Assembly: GCA_965222075.1 (NCBI GenBank)
Contig: OZ244937.1
Span: 5,184,001 to 5,248,000, forward strand
Reading direction: 5' to 3'
Origin: Candidatus Latescibacterota bacterium
GTDB taxonomy: Bacteria; Latescibacterota; UBA2968; GCA-2709665
Length of the DNA: 64,000 nucleotides
This document shows, piece by piece, positions 10,625 through 21,195 of this stretch. The notes beneath the pieces were generated by a model, which saw only the letters and a program-made list of their open reading frames with translations, ran no database searches and was not told where the DNA came from. Within the stretch, counting starts at the first letter, position 1. Each line of letters opens with the position of its first letter. The position numbers and the translations under genes are program-made.

Positions 10625-10844
10625 AAAATGCCTCCTCAAACGCTATCCGATTCGGCGGTCGGGAATGGCTTTGTTGCACGAATCAGTAGCAGAAAAGAGT
10701 TGCACGAAAAAGGGCACCAGCCAGCCTGCATCTCCATATCGAGTAAGCTCGCCCGTTGCAAGCCGGTGGACAGTGGCTCCCCGGTTTTGTCCGGGTTCGG
10801 GTTTGCCGGGTCGACCAGGGGCTGCTGACCGCCGGGGTCCGGGT

Positions 10845-12080
10845 CTATAAATTGTAAATCAAGTTCAGTTCGATGAAGCTGTCGCGTCGCGTCGCATAGG
10901 AAAAATCCACTTTGTCGGTGCCGAGAAGGGCGATTGCCTCCAGGCGTAGAGACCACTGGTCGGAGATGCGCCGGTTCAATTCGAAAGTCAGTACACGTGT
11001 CGTCGTGTCAAGGTCTTCCATAATACTGGTGAGAATTTCGGTGCTCTGGACATCGTTGAACGTGAAGCGCGCGGCAAGGAAGAGATCGTTCTGGAAGATA
11101 TTGGTCGCATTCCGGCCCCGCCCATCGTAATTCCATTCGCTGAGCAGGCTGAGGTCGACAGCCGAGCCCAATATGGAATAGAACGTGTATTCGCCGCCAA
11201 AAGCGGAAGCAACGTAATCCTCTTCCCCGCCGAGACGGTTTCGGGCTCCGGAGCGCCGAATAGCCTCAAGCTTGAACAACCAGGAGCCGGCAGTCAGCTG
11301 GGCGTCCAGTCCAAACTGGCGGATCTGCTCATAGTACGGTACCAGGGCCGGCTCGCCATTACGGTCTCCGTCCGGCAACGGAAAAGGATCCCGGCTGGTG
11401 CCATCGAATACGCTCATACCCACATCGAGGGTTCCGAAACTGCGGCTGTAGCGGACGGCGAGGTCCAGATGCCACTGCCTGGCGTCGCTCTCATATGAAA
11501 CCCGCTCATTGTCCACGATGAGCGGGAATCGCAGGCGGCCAGAGCGGCCCGGAAAGGTGCGAGCGCGGTGGCAGGTCAAACCGAATATTTCCGCCGCGCC
11601 CCAATCTCCGGACCATGTGAGATGGGCCATGGGCTGGCCCAGGGTGGGCTCTTTGTACGGGTGCTCGACGAGGTCGATCTGATTGATGATATTGACCAGG
11701 TGGCGCGATTCGGTGACTCCCCAGAACACCCGGTCAACGCCGAGGCGCAGTTCCCATTCACCATTGCCGATTTGGCCGAATAGCATCAGATAGGCTTCAT
11801 GCAGATCGGCATGGGTGCGGCGTGAATCCGCGCCGTCGTAGCGAAAGAACGGGGCCAGGATGAGACTTCTGCCCTGGGCGTCTTCAAGATAGAGTTTTGG
11901 CTCCGCAACAAAACCGCTGCCGTGCGAGCGCTGGCCGGCATGGGCGGCGGATTGGGGATACCATCGGCTTTCGATGCTCACGCGCCCGGAAAAGTCATGT
12001 GTGACGGTCTGGGCAACAACCCCGACGGGAAAGACCGAGGCCAGAATCCAGACGGCGACGAGAGACGCGCTAAGTCGCAT
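10845..12080 (-). CDS. Putative outer-membrane beta-barrel protein
   Basis: Signal peptide from ATG 12080; 'VFWGVTES.HLV.IINQ' motif; aromatic C-terminus; overlaps the stop of the upstream gene. Confidence 0.7.
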   Translation of the reverse strand: MRLSASLVAVWILASVFPVGVVAQTVTHDFSGRVSIESRWYPQSAAHAGQRSHGSGFVAEPKLYLEDAQGRSLILAPFFRYDGADSRRTHADLHEAYLMLFGQIGNGEWELRLGVDRVFWGVTESRHLVNIINQIDLVEHPYKEPTLGQPMAHLTWSGDWGAAEIFGLTCHRARTFPGRSGRLRFPLIVDNERVSYESDARQWHLDLAVRYSRSFGTLDVGMSVFDGTSRDPFPLPDGDRNGEPALVPYYEQIRQFGLDAQLTAGSWLFKLEAIRRSGARNRLGGEEDYVASAFGGEYTFYSILGSAVDLSLLSEWNYDGRGRNATNIFQNDLFLAARFTFNDVQSTEILTSIMEDLDTTTRVLTFELNRRISDQWSLRLEAIALLGTDKVDFSYATRRDSFIELNLIYNL

Positions 12081-12907
12081 CAACGCGCCCGTTTCAGCCC
12101 GGTTCGCGTGAAGTCGCGGTCGTTGAGCCTGGTTCGGAATTGAAAATCCGTCCAGGTCAGAACGGTGCTTTTTCCGGTGAGATGATTGACCATCGTCATC
12201 TCGCCAGCCTGCCAGTAACGACCCAGATACTGCTCGTAGCTCCCCAGGGTGAGCGTTTTCAGATGCGCGTCTTTGCGGTCGTAGTACTCCACTTTCCAGA
12301 CGCGAAGCTCGTCCTGGTCTTGCCAGACCAGCTGGCGGCGGTAGCCTGATTTCTTGTCCACGGGGACGCGTTCGGAGACCGTGCACGTCAAATCGCCGCA
12401 AGGCTCGTCACGCAGGTACCGGTAGGTGAACTTCTCCACCTCCTGGGCGCCCATGTCTTCATAGGCGAATTCGCTGCCCATAAAGGAGCCGGAACGGTTC
12501 GACGAGCTGATCCGCTTGACCCGTTTCAGAGCGGGCAAATAGAGCCATTGCTCGTCCGCTTTTTCCCTACGGGCGTGGATAAGCAGCGCGGTCCCCTGGA
12601 CATCGCGCGGATTATCGAACACGAACAGGCTCTTGTCGCCGTCTCCGGCGACCTCAAGAACCTTAAGACGGAGCTCACGACGGCTCTCCTGCCCATGTCT
12701 GTTGCGTAATATCATGGTTTGGCGGGCCGTGAAATTGCCAAAACCCTCGGCGCGCGCGCGGGCTTCAAGCGCGATCTTCAGCCCGGTTTCCCCGGGTGTG
12801 GCACTTTCGGAATAAGCGAGTGTTGGCATGCCAGGGCAGGTCGAAATGATTAGACAAAGCGCGAAAAACGGGAACTGGGGTCGTGCGGGGGAACATGCGT
12901 GAATCAT
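12080..12907 (-). CDS. Outer-membrane lipoprotein-sorting (LolA-like) protein
   Basis: 'QWLYLPALKRVKRI', 'FMGSEFAYED' and 'MVNHLTGKST' motifs. Confidence 0.85.
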   Translation of the reverse strand: MIHACSPARPQFPFFALCLIISTCPGMPTLAYSESATPGETGLKIALEARARAEGFGNFTARQTMILRNRHGQESRRELRLKVLEVAGDGDKSLFVFDNPRDVQGTALLIHARREKADEQWLYLPALKRVKRISSSNRSGSFMGSEFAYEDMGAQEVEKFTYRYLRDEPCGDLTCTVSERVPVDKKSGYRRQLVWQDQDELRVWKVEYYDRKDAHLKTLTLGSYEQYLGRYWQAGEMTMVNHLTGKSTVLTWTDFQFRTRLNDRDFTRTGLKRAR

Positions 12908-15207
12908 GAATTTCTCCGGTCAATGGCAATCAGCAGAGTCGGAAGGAGCAAGAAATCGGCTGCAAGTGCGAAGATGATCGTGATGGTGACCAGAAGGCCG
13001 AGCGCCCAACTGACTTCGAATCCGGATGTGGCGAACACCAGAAAGCCCGCTGACAACACTGCGGTCGTAGTCCATAACGCATAGCCCACGGTGCGAAAGG
13101 CGGAGCGCACGGCCTCGGGAGCCGTAAGGCCCTCGCGGCGGGCCTTTAGATATTTGCTCAGAAAATGAATCGTATCGTCCACGACAATTCCGAAGACGAC
13201 GGCGATGACCACCGATGAGGCAATGCCCACGTGGCCGACGAGATAACCCCACAGGCCGAAGCTCATAATTGCGGGGATAAAATTGGGGAGCAGACTGAGG
13301 AGCCCGATCCGAACGCTCTTGAAAATCCAAATCAGGATAAACGAAATGAGCGCCATGGCCAGGATCGTACCGCGCAACATGCTGTTGATATTCCGCAGTG
13401 ACAGGTGGGCAAAGACGATGCTCAGGCCCGATGCTTCGTGCGCAAAAGCGGGCGCATTGGCCTGCAGCCAGGCCTGGGCGCGCTTGTCGAGTTCGCGAAG
13501 ATCTCGCGACCACGCATTCCTGGTTATGACGACCATGCGCGTAGCGGATTTGGCGACATCGATGCGGTCGTTGAGATCGCTGCCGAACGGAAGCGAAAGC
13601 TCGTAGAGCAACAGGTACTGCGCCGCAAGATCCGGGTCTTCAGGCAAGCGATAGAAGGCCGCATCGTCGCCGTGCATGTTTTTGTTGAGACGTTTCATAA
13701 TTTCCGAAAACGCCTGGACATGGGTCACTTCGGGCTGCGCTCGATACCACCCGGCAAAAGCATCGACCTGGCGCAGATAGTCCGGATCGGTAATGCCGCC
13801 TTCGCGTCCTGAATTCAGCGAGTATTCCAGTTTGTCCACGCCGGTCAGGTTGTCAATGATATAATCCGTATCGCGTCGGAACTCGTAGCGATCATCAAAA
13901 TACTGCGCCATGTTGTCGCTTAACTCAATGCGGGGAATCCCGATTATCAGGCAAGCAACCGCCAACGTAAGCGCCCACAGCAGGAATGTACGCCGGGCGA
14001 TAACGAAGTCGGCAAAACGGTCGAAGAAGTCAGTTTTTTGAGAACGGACAACAGACGCGCGCAACGGCAGAATTGAAAGCAATGCCGGCAATAGCGTCAT
14101 GGTGTACACAAGTGCCCACAATACGCCAAACGCCACGTAATTGCCCAGGACGTGAAATGGCGGCGAATCCGAGGCATTCAGGCTCAGAAATCCGATCGCG
14201 GTCGTGACCGACGTGATAAATACCGGATAGGCATTGATGTGAAATGATTCGACAATCGCCGCATTTCTGTCAAGACCCCGCCTCATTCCCAGCAAAACAC
14301 TCGTTACAATGTGGATCGAATCCGCGATGGCGATCACCAGGACGATAATCGGCACGCCGGCGTTGGTGGGGCTGAACACCACGCGGTTCCAGCCGGCGAA
14401 CCCCATGGTGGTATTGATGACAAACGCGAGCACGGCGACGATGGCCAAAGTGCCGAGAATCGAGCGCAGAAGAATAATTGTGGCACCTACGATGATGAGA
14501 AACACAATAGGTGTCAGGGTCTGCATATCGCTCTGTGTGGCATCGGCGAAAGTCCGGTTCATGACGACATCGCCGGTCATGTAATAGTTGATTTCCGGGT
14601 GGCTCGTGCGGGCTTGATTGAGGAGCGAATTTAGATAATCGGTAATTTCGATGACTGCCTGGTCATGATTTTCGGGCAGGATAAAATTAATGACCACTCC
14701 GGCCGTGCGTCCGTCGTGGGAGACCAGACGCCCGGCAATTTCGACGGCGCCCAGCGCGATCTTCTCGATTCGCGCCAAATCGGTATCGCTCAGTGAAGAT
14801 GCGTCATCAACGAGCGGAGCGACAACCAAATCGTCATCGTGTGCTTCGCTATGGGTATAGTTGGTAAGGGAGTTGACCCGGCTGGAATAGGGCGCGCGCC
14901 ACGCGGCTTCGGTCAGTTCCTCAACCGCGCCAAGCGCTTCGCGGGTGAACACGGAGCCATCTCGGGGCGCAATGGCAATCAGTGCCGCATTGGAGGCGGA
15001 ATACGTGTTCTCCAGCGCGTCGAAAGCGAGGAGTTGCGGGTTGTCTTCGCTGAACAGAATGCGGTAATCGTTTGTAACGGTGATAAAGCGAACGCCAGCC
15101 GTCATGGCCAGCATGAACAGCGTTGCGAGCACAACGACCAGCCACCGATGGCGCAGAATATTAACGACGCAGCGATCCAAAAGCACATGAGTCATCGCCG
15201 CTCCCAT
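12904..15207 (-). CDS. MMPL/RND-family exporter
   Basis: Two-repeat membrane topology; 'IADSIH', 'GIVVDDTIHF' and 'TTAIGFLSL' motifs. Confidence 0.85.
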   Translation of the reverse strand: MGAAMTHVLLDRCVVNILRHRWLVVVLATLFMLAMTAGVRFITVTNDYRILFSEDNPQLLAFDALENTYSASNAALIAIAPRDGSVFTREALGAVEELTEAAWRAPYSSRVNSLTNYTHSEAHDDDLVVAPLVDDASSLSDTDLARIEKIALGAVEIAGRLVSHDGRTAGVVINFILPENHDQAVIEITDYLNSLLNQARTSHPEINYYMTGDVVMNRTFADATQSDMQTLTPIVFLIIVGATIILLRSILGTLAIVAVLAFVINTTMGFAGWNRVVFSPTNAGVPIIVLVIAIADSIHIVTSVLLGMRRGLDRNAAIVESFHINAYPVFITSVTTAIGFLSLNASDSPPFHVLGNYVAFGVLWALVYTMTLLPALLSILPLRASVVRSQKTDFFDRFADFVIARRTFLLWALTLAVACLIIGIPRIELSDNMAQYFDDRYEFRRDTDYIIDNLTGVDKLEYSLNSGREGGITDPDYLRQVDAFAGWYRAQPEVTHVQAFSEIMKRLNKNMHGDDAAFYRLPEDPDLAAQYLLLYELSLPFGSDLNDRIDVAKSATRMVVITRNAWSRDLRELDKRAQAWLQANAPAFAHEASGLSIVFAHLSLRNINSMLRGTILAMALISFILIWIFKSVRIGLLSLLPNFIPAIMSFGLWGYLVGHVGIASSVVIAVVFGIVVDDTIHFLSKYLKARREGLTAPEAVRSAFRTVGYALWTTTAVLSAGFLVFATSGFEVSWALGLLVTITIIFALAADFLLLPTLLIAIDRRNS

Positions 15208-15355
15208 CCCAGGCCAGGAGCGGCGATGACCTCACCGACTCGAACGCGCGACGCTGTCGACACCGCCAACTGTAGATAACTTCGTTCCATCTATCCGATG
15301 AATCCCTGGCTTCCTGTTAGCGGACGGAGGCGGTCACACCACGGCGCAAGCATCT

Positions 15356-16507
15356 TCACCATTTGATTGATTTTGATGTGTAGACGTGGTTGGGCATCTT
15401 GTAACTCAGTCCGTCGTCGTACACCGAAATCTGGAGAAGCTGAGAGAAGTTATCCGATCTGAGGACCTGTTTGTTCGTGAGCATGCGATGCAAGCGTTGT
15501 TTCATCCGGTAAATCCACAGTGTGCCTAATGTGGAGGTCTTTGGAAACTGGAACTGGTCGGCAAGTCGGTTTCCTATGAGTGCTCGTGAAAGGCGGTAGG
15601 CCATATCTGCCAGTTTTTCACGCTCAACCGGATCGTCTATATCCGCAACTGACGGAATTGAATTTATCAACATATTCGCCACGCCTATCGAATCGGCGTC
15701 CGGCGGCGGCTCGCACATATAGCCGATCTTGTAAATCTTTTCCGCCTCTTGGTTGGTGGTATAGAGGATGGTCTCAGGAATCCCCATGAGATAGCCGGTG
15801 TAGCGCCAAACCTTGATAATGCTCTCTTGTTCTTCCTTGTTGAGGGCCGCGCCCACCAGCAGCGAGTATTCCACCAGGCGCTTTGAAAAGACGGAGATGG
15901 CAAACCCCAGGTGCGCCGCGTTTACCGGCGTGCCCCAGGCTTCGTGATTCCAATCGTCGGATTTCGCCAGCAGGTTCCTTATTCGAGTATGAACGAAGCG
16001 TATTCGTGTGGATAGCTTCCATCCGTCGCCGTATTTTCGCAAGCCGCCGGGGAAAAAGATATCCATCATGTGGCGGTTATTCTGTTGGAGGCGCCTTTTG
16101 GTCGACGCCACCCGCCCGGTAATATTGAAAGACTTGGCGATAAGCGTCGAGAAGCCTTCCACCAGCACCCCCGTAACGAATGCGACGAGCATGAGGTTTA
16201 CGTTTGCGTGGAAGGCGCGAATCCCCGGACGAAAGTCTTCGTAGTTGAGCCATGGAGGTTCTTCAAGGCTTTCGAAGAAATCGCGCAGGGCCTGTGGCGC
16301 ATTGCACAGAACCTCATCGCGCCCCTCTATGCCAGCCCCGATGAACCGGTGCAGGTCGTGAGGAGGCAACGAGGAGACTTCCTCCATCACCGTATCCAGC
16401 ATGGGATCGCCAATGGCGATATGCTTGATGTAGTTGTCGGCCATTGCATGGTCGTGGAGGCGAGCCTTCGCATACCCCTCAACGTACGCCGATGGTGGTT
16501 GTTTCAT
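15356..16507 (-). CDS. MpaB/DUF2236 (Lcp-like) heme oxygenase family protein
   Basis: 'RIRFVHTRIR', 'WGTPVN' and 'WRYTGYLMGIPE' motifs. Confidence 0.75.
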   Translation of the reverse strand: MKQPPSAYVEGYAKARLHDHAMADNYIKHIAIGDPMLDTVMEEVSSLPPHDLHRFIGAGIEGRDEVLCNAPQALRDFFESLEEPPWLNYEDFRPGIRAFHANVNLMLVAFVTGVLVEGFSTLIAKSFNITGRVASTKRRLQQNNRHMMDIFFPGGLRKYGDGWKLSTRIRFVHTRIRNLLAKSDDWNHEAWGTPVNAAHLGFAISVFSKRLVEYSLLVGAALNKEEQESIIKVWRYTGYLMGIPETILYTTNQEAEKIYKIGYMCEPPPDADSIGVANMLINSIPSVADIDDPVEREKLADMAYRLSRALIGNRLADQFQFPKTSTLGTLWIYRMKQRLHRMLTNKQVLRSDNFSQLLQISVYDDGLSYKMPNHVYTSKSIKW

Positions 16508-17132
16508 CCTTCAAGCTCCTTACAGTTTGGCCGACGAGCCCCCCGAATGTACTCAACCACATCCTCGGTCGACATATCGAATCTCAACACCGATTTGGAA
16601 CTTCTCAACAACTGGAAGAACCGGGTAGACCAATGCCAGGCTTGACTTTCCCCATCCAGGTATCCTACACCCCCCCGGCCCTTTGCGTCAAGTTAATCTT
16701 AATACTGGGATGTACAAAATATAAATATAATAGCGAACAGAAATAATGTCAACTTTAAGGGTGTAACTCACAAGGTGTCGTCTATAGAACTATTTAATAA
16801 TCAGGTAGTTGTAATATCCCGGCGAGATAGAAAAGTAACTCTTTGGCTACTTACCGACATAGACAGCTCCGCGGAAGGGTAGCGTTCCGGAGGCGGCAGT
16901 CTCCAGGCTGACCGACGGCAAGGTCTCCTGGCGACGTGGAGCGAGTGCAGGAGGTTCGTCCCCTCTGTCTCCCTCAAATTTCTCCTTGAGAATGCCGCTG
17001 AAAAGATATATATAGATATGAAAGGAGGGTACTGATGGGCGCCAAATCGCACACCGCCAAATGGGGTACCAGCCTGGCCGTCCCTTGTGGGCGCCCCGTC
17101 GTTGGGGGATGTGGTTGGGACTGGTAAAAAAT

Positions 17133-17201
17133 AGTGAATAGAGTCCACTTAACCCGTTCTATTCACTTATATTTGACAATATGAAGTGAATATATTACAA
17201 T
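17133..17201 (+). promoter_or_regulatory. Sigma70 promoter TTGACA-N17-TACAAT with overlapping AGTGAATA inverted-repeat operator
   Basis: TTGACA at 17173-78 and TACAAT at 17196-201; inverted repeats 17133-42/17158-67 and 17160-68/17184-92. Confidence 0.75.
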
Positions 17202-17207
17202 AAAGGC

Positions 17208-18089
17208 ATGGCAACCACACAACCGATAAGAAACCGCATCCAGGCGCTCAAACGAGAGTACGATACCTTGCGCCAGGGCAAGGAATCGCTGCTGTCGATG
17301 ATTGACGATGTGGAAATACCCGAGAGTGTGTACAACTCGAACGCGATCGAGAATTCAACCCTCACCCTCGAGGAAACAGAGAGAATTCTGTTGGAGCAGA
17401 TGCTGTCCAGGAATGTGTCTGTGCGGGAAGTCTTCGAGGCAAAAAACCTGGCCCGGGTCACAGAATACAAGCGCAAAAAAGCCAGGGATAGTCAGCTGAA
17501 CAAAGACCTGATACTGCTCTTGCATCAGATGCTTATCGGCGGCATTGATGATGCCATCGCCGGCCGCTTTCGCCAGGCGGGGGAATATGTGCGGGTGGGC
17601 ACGCATATCGCGCCCGCGCCTGAGCATGTAGAGCGCATGATCGATAACATTCTTATCGAATATTCCAGCGACCTCGGCTCTTACTTCCTGGACAAGATTG
17701 CCCGATTTCACCTGGATTTCGAGACCATCCATCCCTTCTGCGACGGCAACGGCCGAATGGGGCGCGTCATCATCAATTTTCAACTCCTGAAGCTCAGTCT
17801 ACCGCGCCTGATTATCCGCAACTCGGAGAAGGAGCGGTACTATCGGGCATTCAGGGAATATGGGGACGGCAAAACGACAAAGACGATGGAACGCATCCTG
17901 TCGCTGGCTCTGGTAGAAGCGTTGCACAAAAGGCTGAGCTACCTCAGGGGCGAGGTGATCATCAGATTGTCGAAATACATCGTACAGAATGGACTTTCGG
18001 CGCCCGCCGTCACCAACGCCGCCCGCCGTCAGACCCTTCCCGCCTTCCGCGAGAAGGGGGTGTGGAAGATTGCAGAAAGCTTTGAGTAG
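17208..18089 (+). CDS. fic: Fic family protein with putative C-terminal DNA-binding domain
   Basis: HPFCDGNGRMGR Fic motif; SNAIEN inhibitory-helix-like motif. Confidence 0.9.
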   Translation: MATTQPIRNRIQALKREYDTLRQGKESLLSMIDDVEIPESVYNSNAIENSTLTLEETERILLEQMLSRNVSVREVFEAKNLARVTEYKRKKARDSQLNKDLILLLHQMLIGGIDDAIAGRFRQAGEYVRVGTHIAPAPEHVERMIDNILIEYSSDLGSYFLDKIARFHLDFETIHPFCDGNGRMGRVIINFQLLKLSLPRLIIRNSEKERYYRAFREYGDGKTTKTMERILSLALVEALHKRLSYLRGEVIIRLSKYIVQNGLSAPAVTNAARRQTLPAFREKGVWKIAESFE

Positions 18090-18167
18090 ATTCGCACCGA
18101 GGAGACTATGATATGCCGGAACTATCGATTTCTACATTGTCTTGTTACACAGGTGACTGGAGGGGGT

Positions 18168-19988
18168 ATGGAACAGCCTATCCGGATTCTTCAGGCGGGG
18201 AACGATCCTTCGGAGGGTCTGTGCGCCGAGGTGCTCCGGTGCGAGGGATTTCCCTGGTTCGATGAGCGTTCGGCCGGGGCGTTTGATGGGGTTCCCCCGG
18301 GCGTAAGCCTGGTGGTTGTGGCCGGTGTTGGCGTTGACAGAGGGACCGCCGAGCGGCTGGCAAAGGCGGTGTCCGGGGGTGTGTCGCTGATCGCGGTTGC
18401 GCCGGACCCGACGCTTGCGGCGGCGTTTGGGGTGAGGGTGGGAGGGGCGGTGGAGGACGCGCATCTGTCGGTGACGGGATTGCCAGGCTGGGAGCACGGG
18501 GAGGTGGCGCTGCTGTGTCCGGACGATGCGGGACGTCCGCTACGGGGGGGGCGCGAGGCGGCCGCGCTGCGGGATTCCGGAGGCGAAAGGTGCGGCGCGG
18601 GGTTGGTTTCGGTGAAGTTGGGCGCGGGGACGGCCTGGATTTACGGGTACGATCTGTGCCGGACGGTTGCCACGCTGCGCCATGGTACAGGCGATGTGCA
18701 CGAGCGGCTGGCGAAGGATATGGGGCCGCTGACGGGCCCCCGGCATATTTACGGGTTTTTCGAACTTTCCGACAAGCTGCCACGCGATGTGCCGGTGTGC
18801 GACCTTCACCAGGATATTTTGCGGACGCTTGTGGGAGAGGCGCTTTCCGATACCTGCCTGCCGAGGCTGTGGCACTTTCCGGATGCGGCCCCGGCGCTGT
18901 GGTTTGTGAAAGGGGACGGCTGTGGAGAGGCCGGCGCCGATGTGGAGGTGGAGGTTGTGGAGCAGTACGGGGCTTATCTGACGTTCTACCGCCCGCCCGT
19001 GAGCCGGTATGGCGGGGACCTGATGCGCGACTGGCACGCGCGCGGGCACGGGATTACCATCGAAGCAAACCTGGACGATATCACACGGCCGGTTGTTGAG
19101 GTTTCGGGGAAGACGGAGCGAAAGGCGCTGACGGTGGAGGATCTGAACGAGAATGCGCTGCCGGATATTCGGGCCAACCTGGAGCAGCATCGCGACAGCT
19201 TTATGCGAGAGACGGGGCTGGAGATGGATACGATCTGCATCCACGGATGCCAGTGGTCCGGACAGCCGATGGCGGAGATGGTGGTTGAGCTCGGCTGGTA
19301 CACGCCCACCCATTTTATCTCGCACGATCCGCGCATGCGGCACGACGAGCGCTACGGGCCGTATATGATCTCGACGGCGCTGCCACTGCGCTACTTCCAG
19401 CACGGGGTGGGGGTGCTGGCGCTGTGGCACATGCCTGCGCAGTGGGACGAGAGCCAGACGCTTGGAGAACGCGATTCGACGGATGCTAAATCCATGGGCA
19501 GGGTAGGCCTTTCGGCGGAGGCCTACGGGGCGGAGTTGGCCCGGTTCGCCGAGGATGCGGCAAAGCGCTGGCACGGGGTGCAGATCGCCAATTTCCACCC
19601 CAGTTATGTGGCGATACCGCAGGACGATCCGAGGGCGTCCCGGCGGGCGCTGGAGATGGGCCTGGGTGGGGCCCGGGCGGCGGGCTGCCGGTTCGAGAAC
19701 CAGGAGCGGTGGTCGCTTTTCTCCCGCGCCCGGGCGGATGTGCGGCTCACCGGGCGACGGAGGGAGGGGGACGCCGAGTTTCTGACTGTGGATTCGCCGG
19801 GGGACCTGGAAGCGCTAACGCTGCTGCTGCCCGACGGTGTGACCGAGATTCGAGCGGCGGAGTCAGGCGAGGCGCTGGAGGTACGTGAGGTAGAGCTTGA
19901 GGGGCGGAAACAACAGTGTGTGGTGGTGGACCTGCATGCGGGGGCGCCACGGACGCTGCGGGTGGTGAAAGACAGAGGTGAAAGGTGA
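18168..19988 (+). CDS. Hypothetical deacetylase-like protein, paralog of 3549..5330
   Basis: Shared 'DLHQD.L', 'LPRLWHFP', 'NFHP' and 'EVELEGR.Q' motifs; RBS GGAGG. Confidence 0.55.
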   Translation: MEQPIRILQAGNDPSEGLCAEVLRCEGFPWFDERSAGAFDGVPPGVSLVVVAGVGVDRGTAERLAKAVSGGVSLIAVAPDPTLAAAFGVRVGGAVEDAHLSVTGLPGWEHGEVALLCPDDAGRPLRGGREAAALRDSGGERCGAGLVSVKLGAGTAWIYGYDLCRTVATLRHGTGDVHERLAKDMGPLTGPRHIYGFFELSDKLPRDVPVCDLHQDILRTLVGEALSDTCLPRLWHFPDAAPALWFVKGDGCGEAGADVEVEVVEQYGAYLTFYRPPVSRYGGDLMRDWHARGHGITIEANLDDITRPVVEVSGKTERKALTVEDLNENALPDIRANLEQHRDSFMRETGLEMDTICIHGCQWSGQPMAEMVVELGWYTPTHFISHDPRMRHDERYGPYMISTALPLRYFQHGVGVLALWHMPAQWDESQTLGERDSTDAKSMGRVGLSAEAYGAELARFAEDAAKRWHGVQIANFHPSYVAIPQDDPRASRRALEMGLGGARAAGCRFENQERWSLFSRARADVRLTGRRREGDAEFLTVDSPGDLEALTLLLPDGVTEIRAAESGEALEVREVELEGRKQQCVVVDLHAGAPRTLRVVKDRGER

Positions 19989-20052
19989 AGGCGATTGTGG
20001 ATTGCGGAATGCGGAATGGAGGTTTTTCAATCCGAACTCAAAGGAGGTTGGT

Positions 20053-21183
20053 ATGGAGCGGTTCGGGCAGCTGGAACTGGATTATCTGGCGAAGGTGATC
20101 GCCAGCGGGACGCTGAACAGCAAGACGGGGAAGTTCACGCCGGAGCTGGAGGAGCGGTTCGCAAAATGGGTTGGGGCCGAGCAGGCGGTGGCGATGAACA
20201 GTGCGATGAGCGTGTTGCACGCGTCCGTGGCGGCGGTGGGCGTGGGCCCGGGGGTGGAGGTGATTTGCGATTCGGTGGTCCATTTCGGGGGCGCGGCCGT
20301 GATGTATCACAACGGGGTGCCGGTGTTTTGCGATATCGACCAGGATAGCTGGAATATGGATCCGAAGTCTCTGGAGGCGTGCATCACGGAGCACACGGGC
20401 GCGATTATCTGCACGCCGATGTGGGGAAATCCCCCCGATTACGAGGGGATTCTGCGCGTGGCGAAGAAGCACGGGCTGCCGGTGATCGAAGATGTGGCGC
20501 ACGGGGTGGGGGGCTCTTATAAGGGCAAGGCGCTGGGGACCTTAGGGGCCATCGGGTCTTTCAGTTTTCAGGAGGCCAAGCACCTCACCAGCGGGGACGG
20601 GGGGATGGCGGTGACCAACCGGCCCGAGCTGGCCGACAGGATGCTGGAGATGCGTATTCTGAAGACGACGCTGGGCTGGAATTTTCGAATGACGGAACTG
20701 CAGGCGGGGGTGATGCTGGCGCAGATGGAGAAAGCCGAAGAGATTATTGCGGCGCACCATAAGGCCGGGGCGCTTTACCGTGAGGCCGCGAAAGAATCTC
20801 CCTGGCTCGTGCCGCAGCGGGTGGGGGAAGGATGCGTCCATGCTTACCACGGCGTTGCGTTCCGGTTCGAGGGGGACAGTGAAGGGATACCGGTGGAGCG
20901 TTTTCAGGAGACGATGCGTCAACACGGGTGTCAGGTCTCCATCGGGTACAAGAGACGCTCCGCGGCGGAAGATCCGATTTTTACGGAGGTTCTGGCCTAC
21001 GGCAAGGGGTGCCCCATCCGGTGCCCCCTTTACAAGGGCGAAGCGCGCTATGGAAAAGGGGTAACGCCCGTGGCCGACCGCGCGGTGCCCCGGATGGTGG
21101 TGATGCCGACGGATGTGTATACTCCGGGTAAGACGGAGGAATATGCGGAGAAGATCCAGGCGGGGTTGAGAGCGCTTGGTTAA
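20053..21183 (+). CDS. DegT/DnrJ/EryC1/StrS aminotransferase
   Basis: EDVAHG, FSFQEAKHLTSGDGG and NFRMTELQA motifs; RBS AAGGAGG. Confidence 0.9.
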   Translation: MERFGQLELDYLAKVIASGTLNSKTGKFTPELEERFAKWVGAEQAVAMNSAMSVLHASVAAVGVGPGVEVICDSVVHFGGAAVMYHNGVPVFCDIDQDSWNMDPKSLEACITEHTGAIICTPMWGNPPDYEGILRVAKKHGLPVIEDVAHGVGGSYKGKALGTLGAIGSFSFQEAKHLTSGDGGMAVTNRPELADRMLEMRILKTTLGWNFRMTELQAGVMLAQMEKAEEIIAAHHKAGALYREAAKESPWLVPQRVGEGCVHAYHGVAFRFEGDSEGIPVERFQETMRQHGCQVSIGYKRRSAAEDPIFTEVLAYGKGCPIRCPLYKGEARYGKGVTPVADRAVPRMVVMPTDVYTPGKTEEYAEKIQAGLRALG

Positions 21184-21195
21184 GAAAAGAGACCG

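Noticed and set aside
10640-10844. Cobalamin riboswitch upstream of the TonB receptor
   Set aside because: Only a GCCACTG-like word is present and the other conserved B12-box elements were not found; an Rfam scan would settle it
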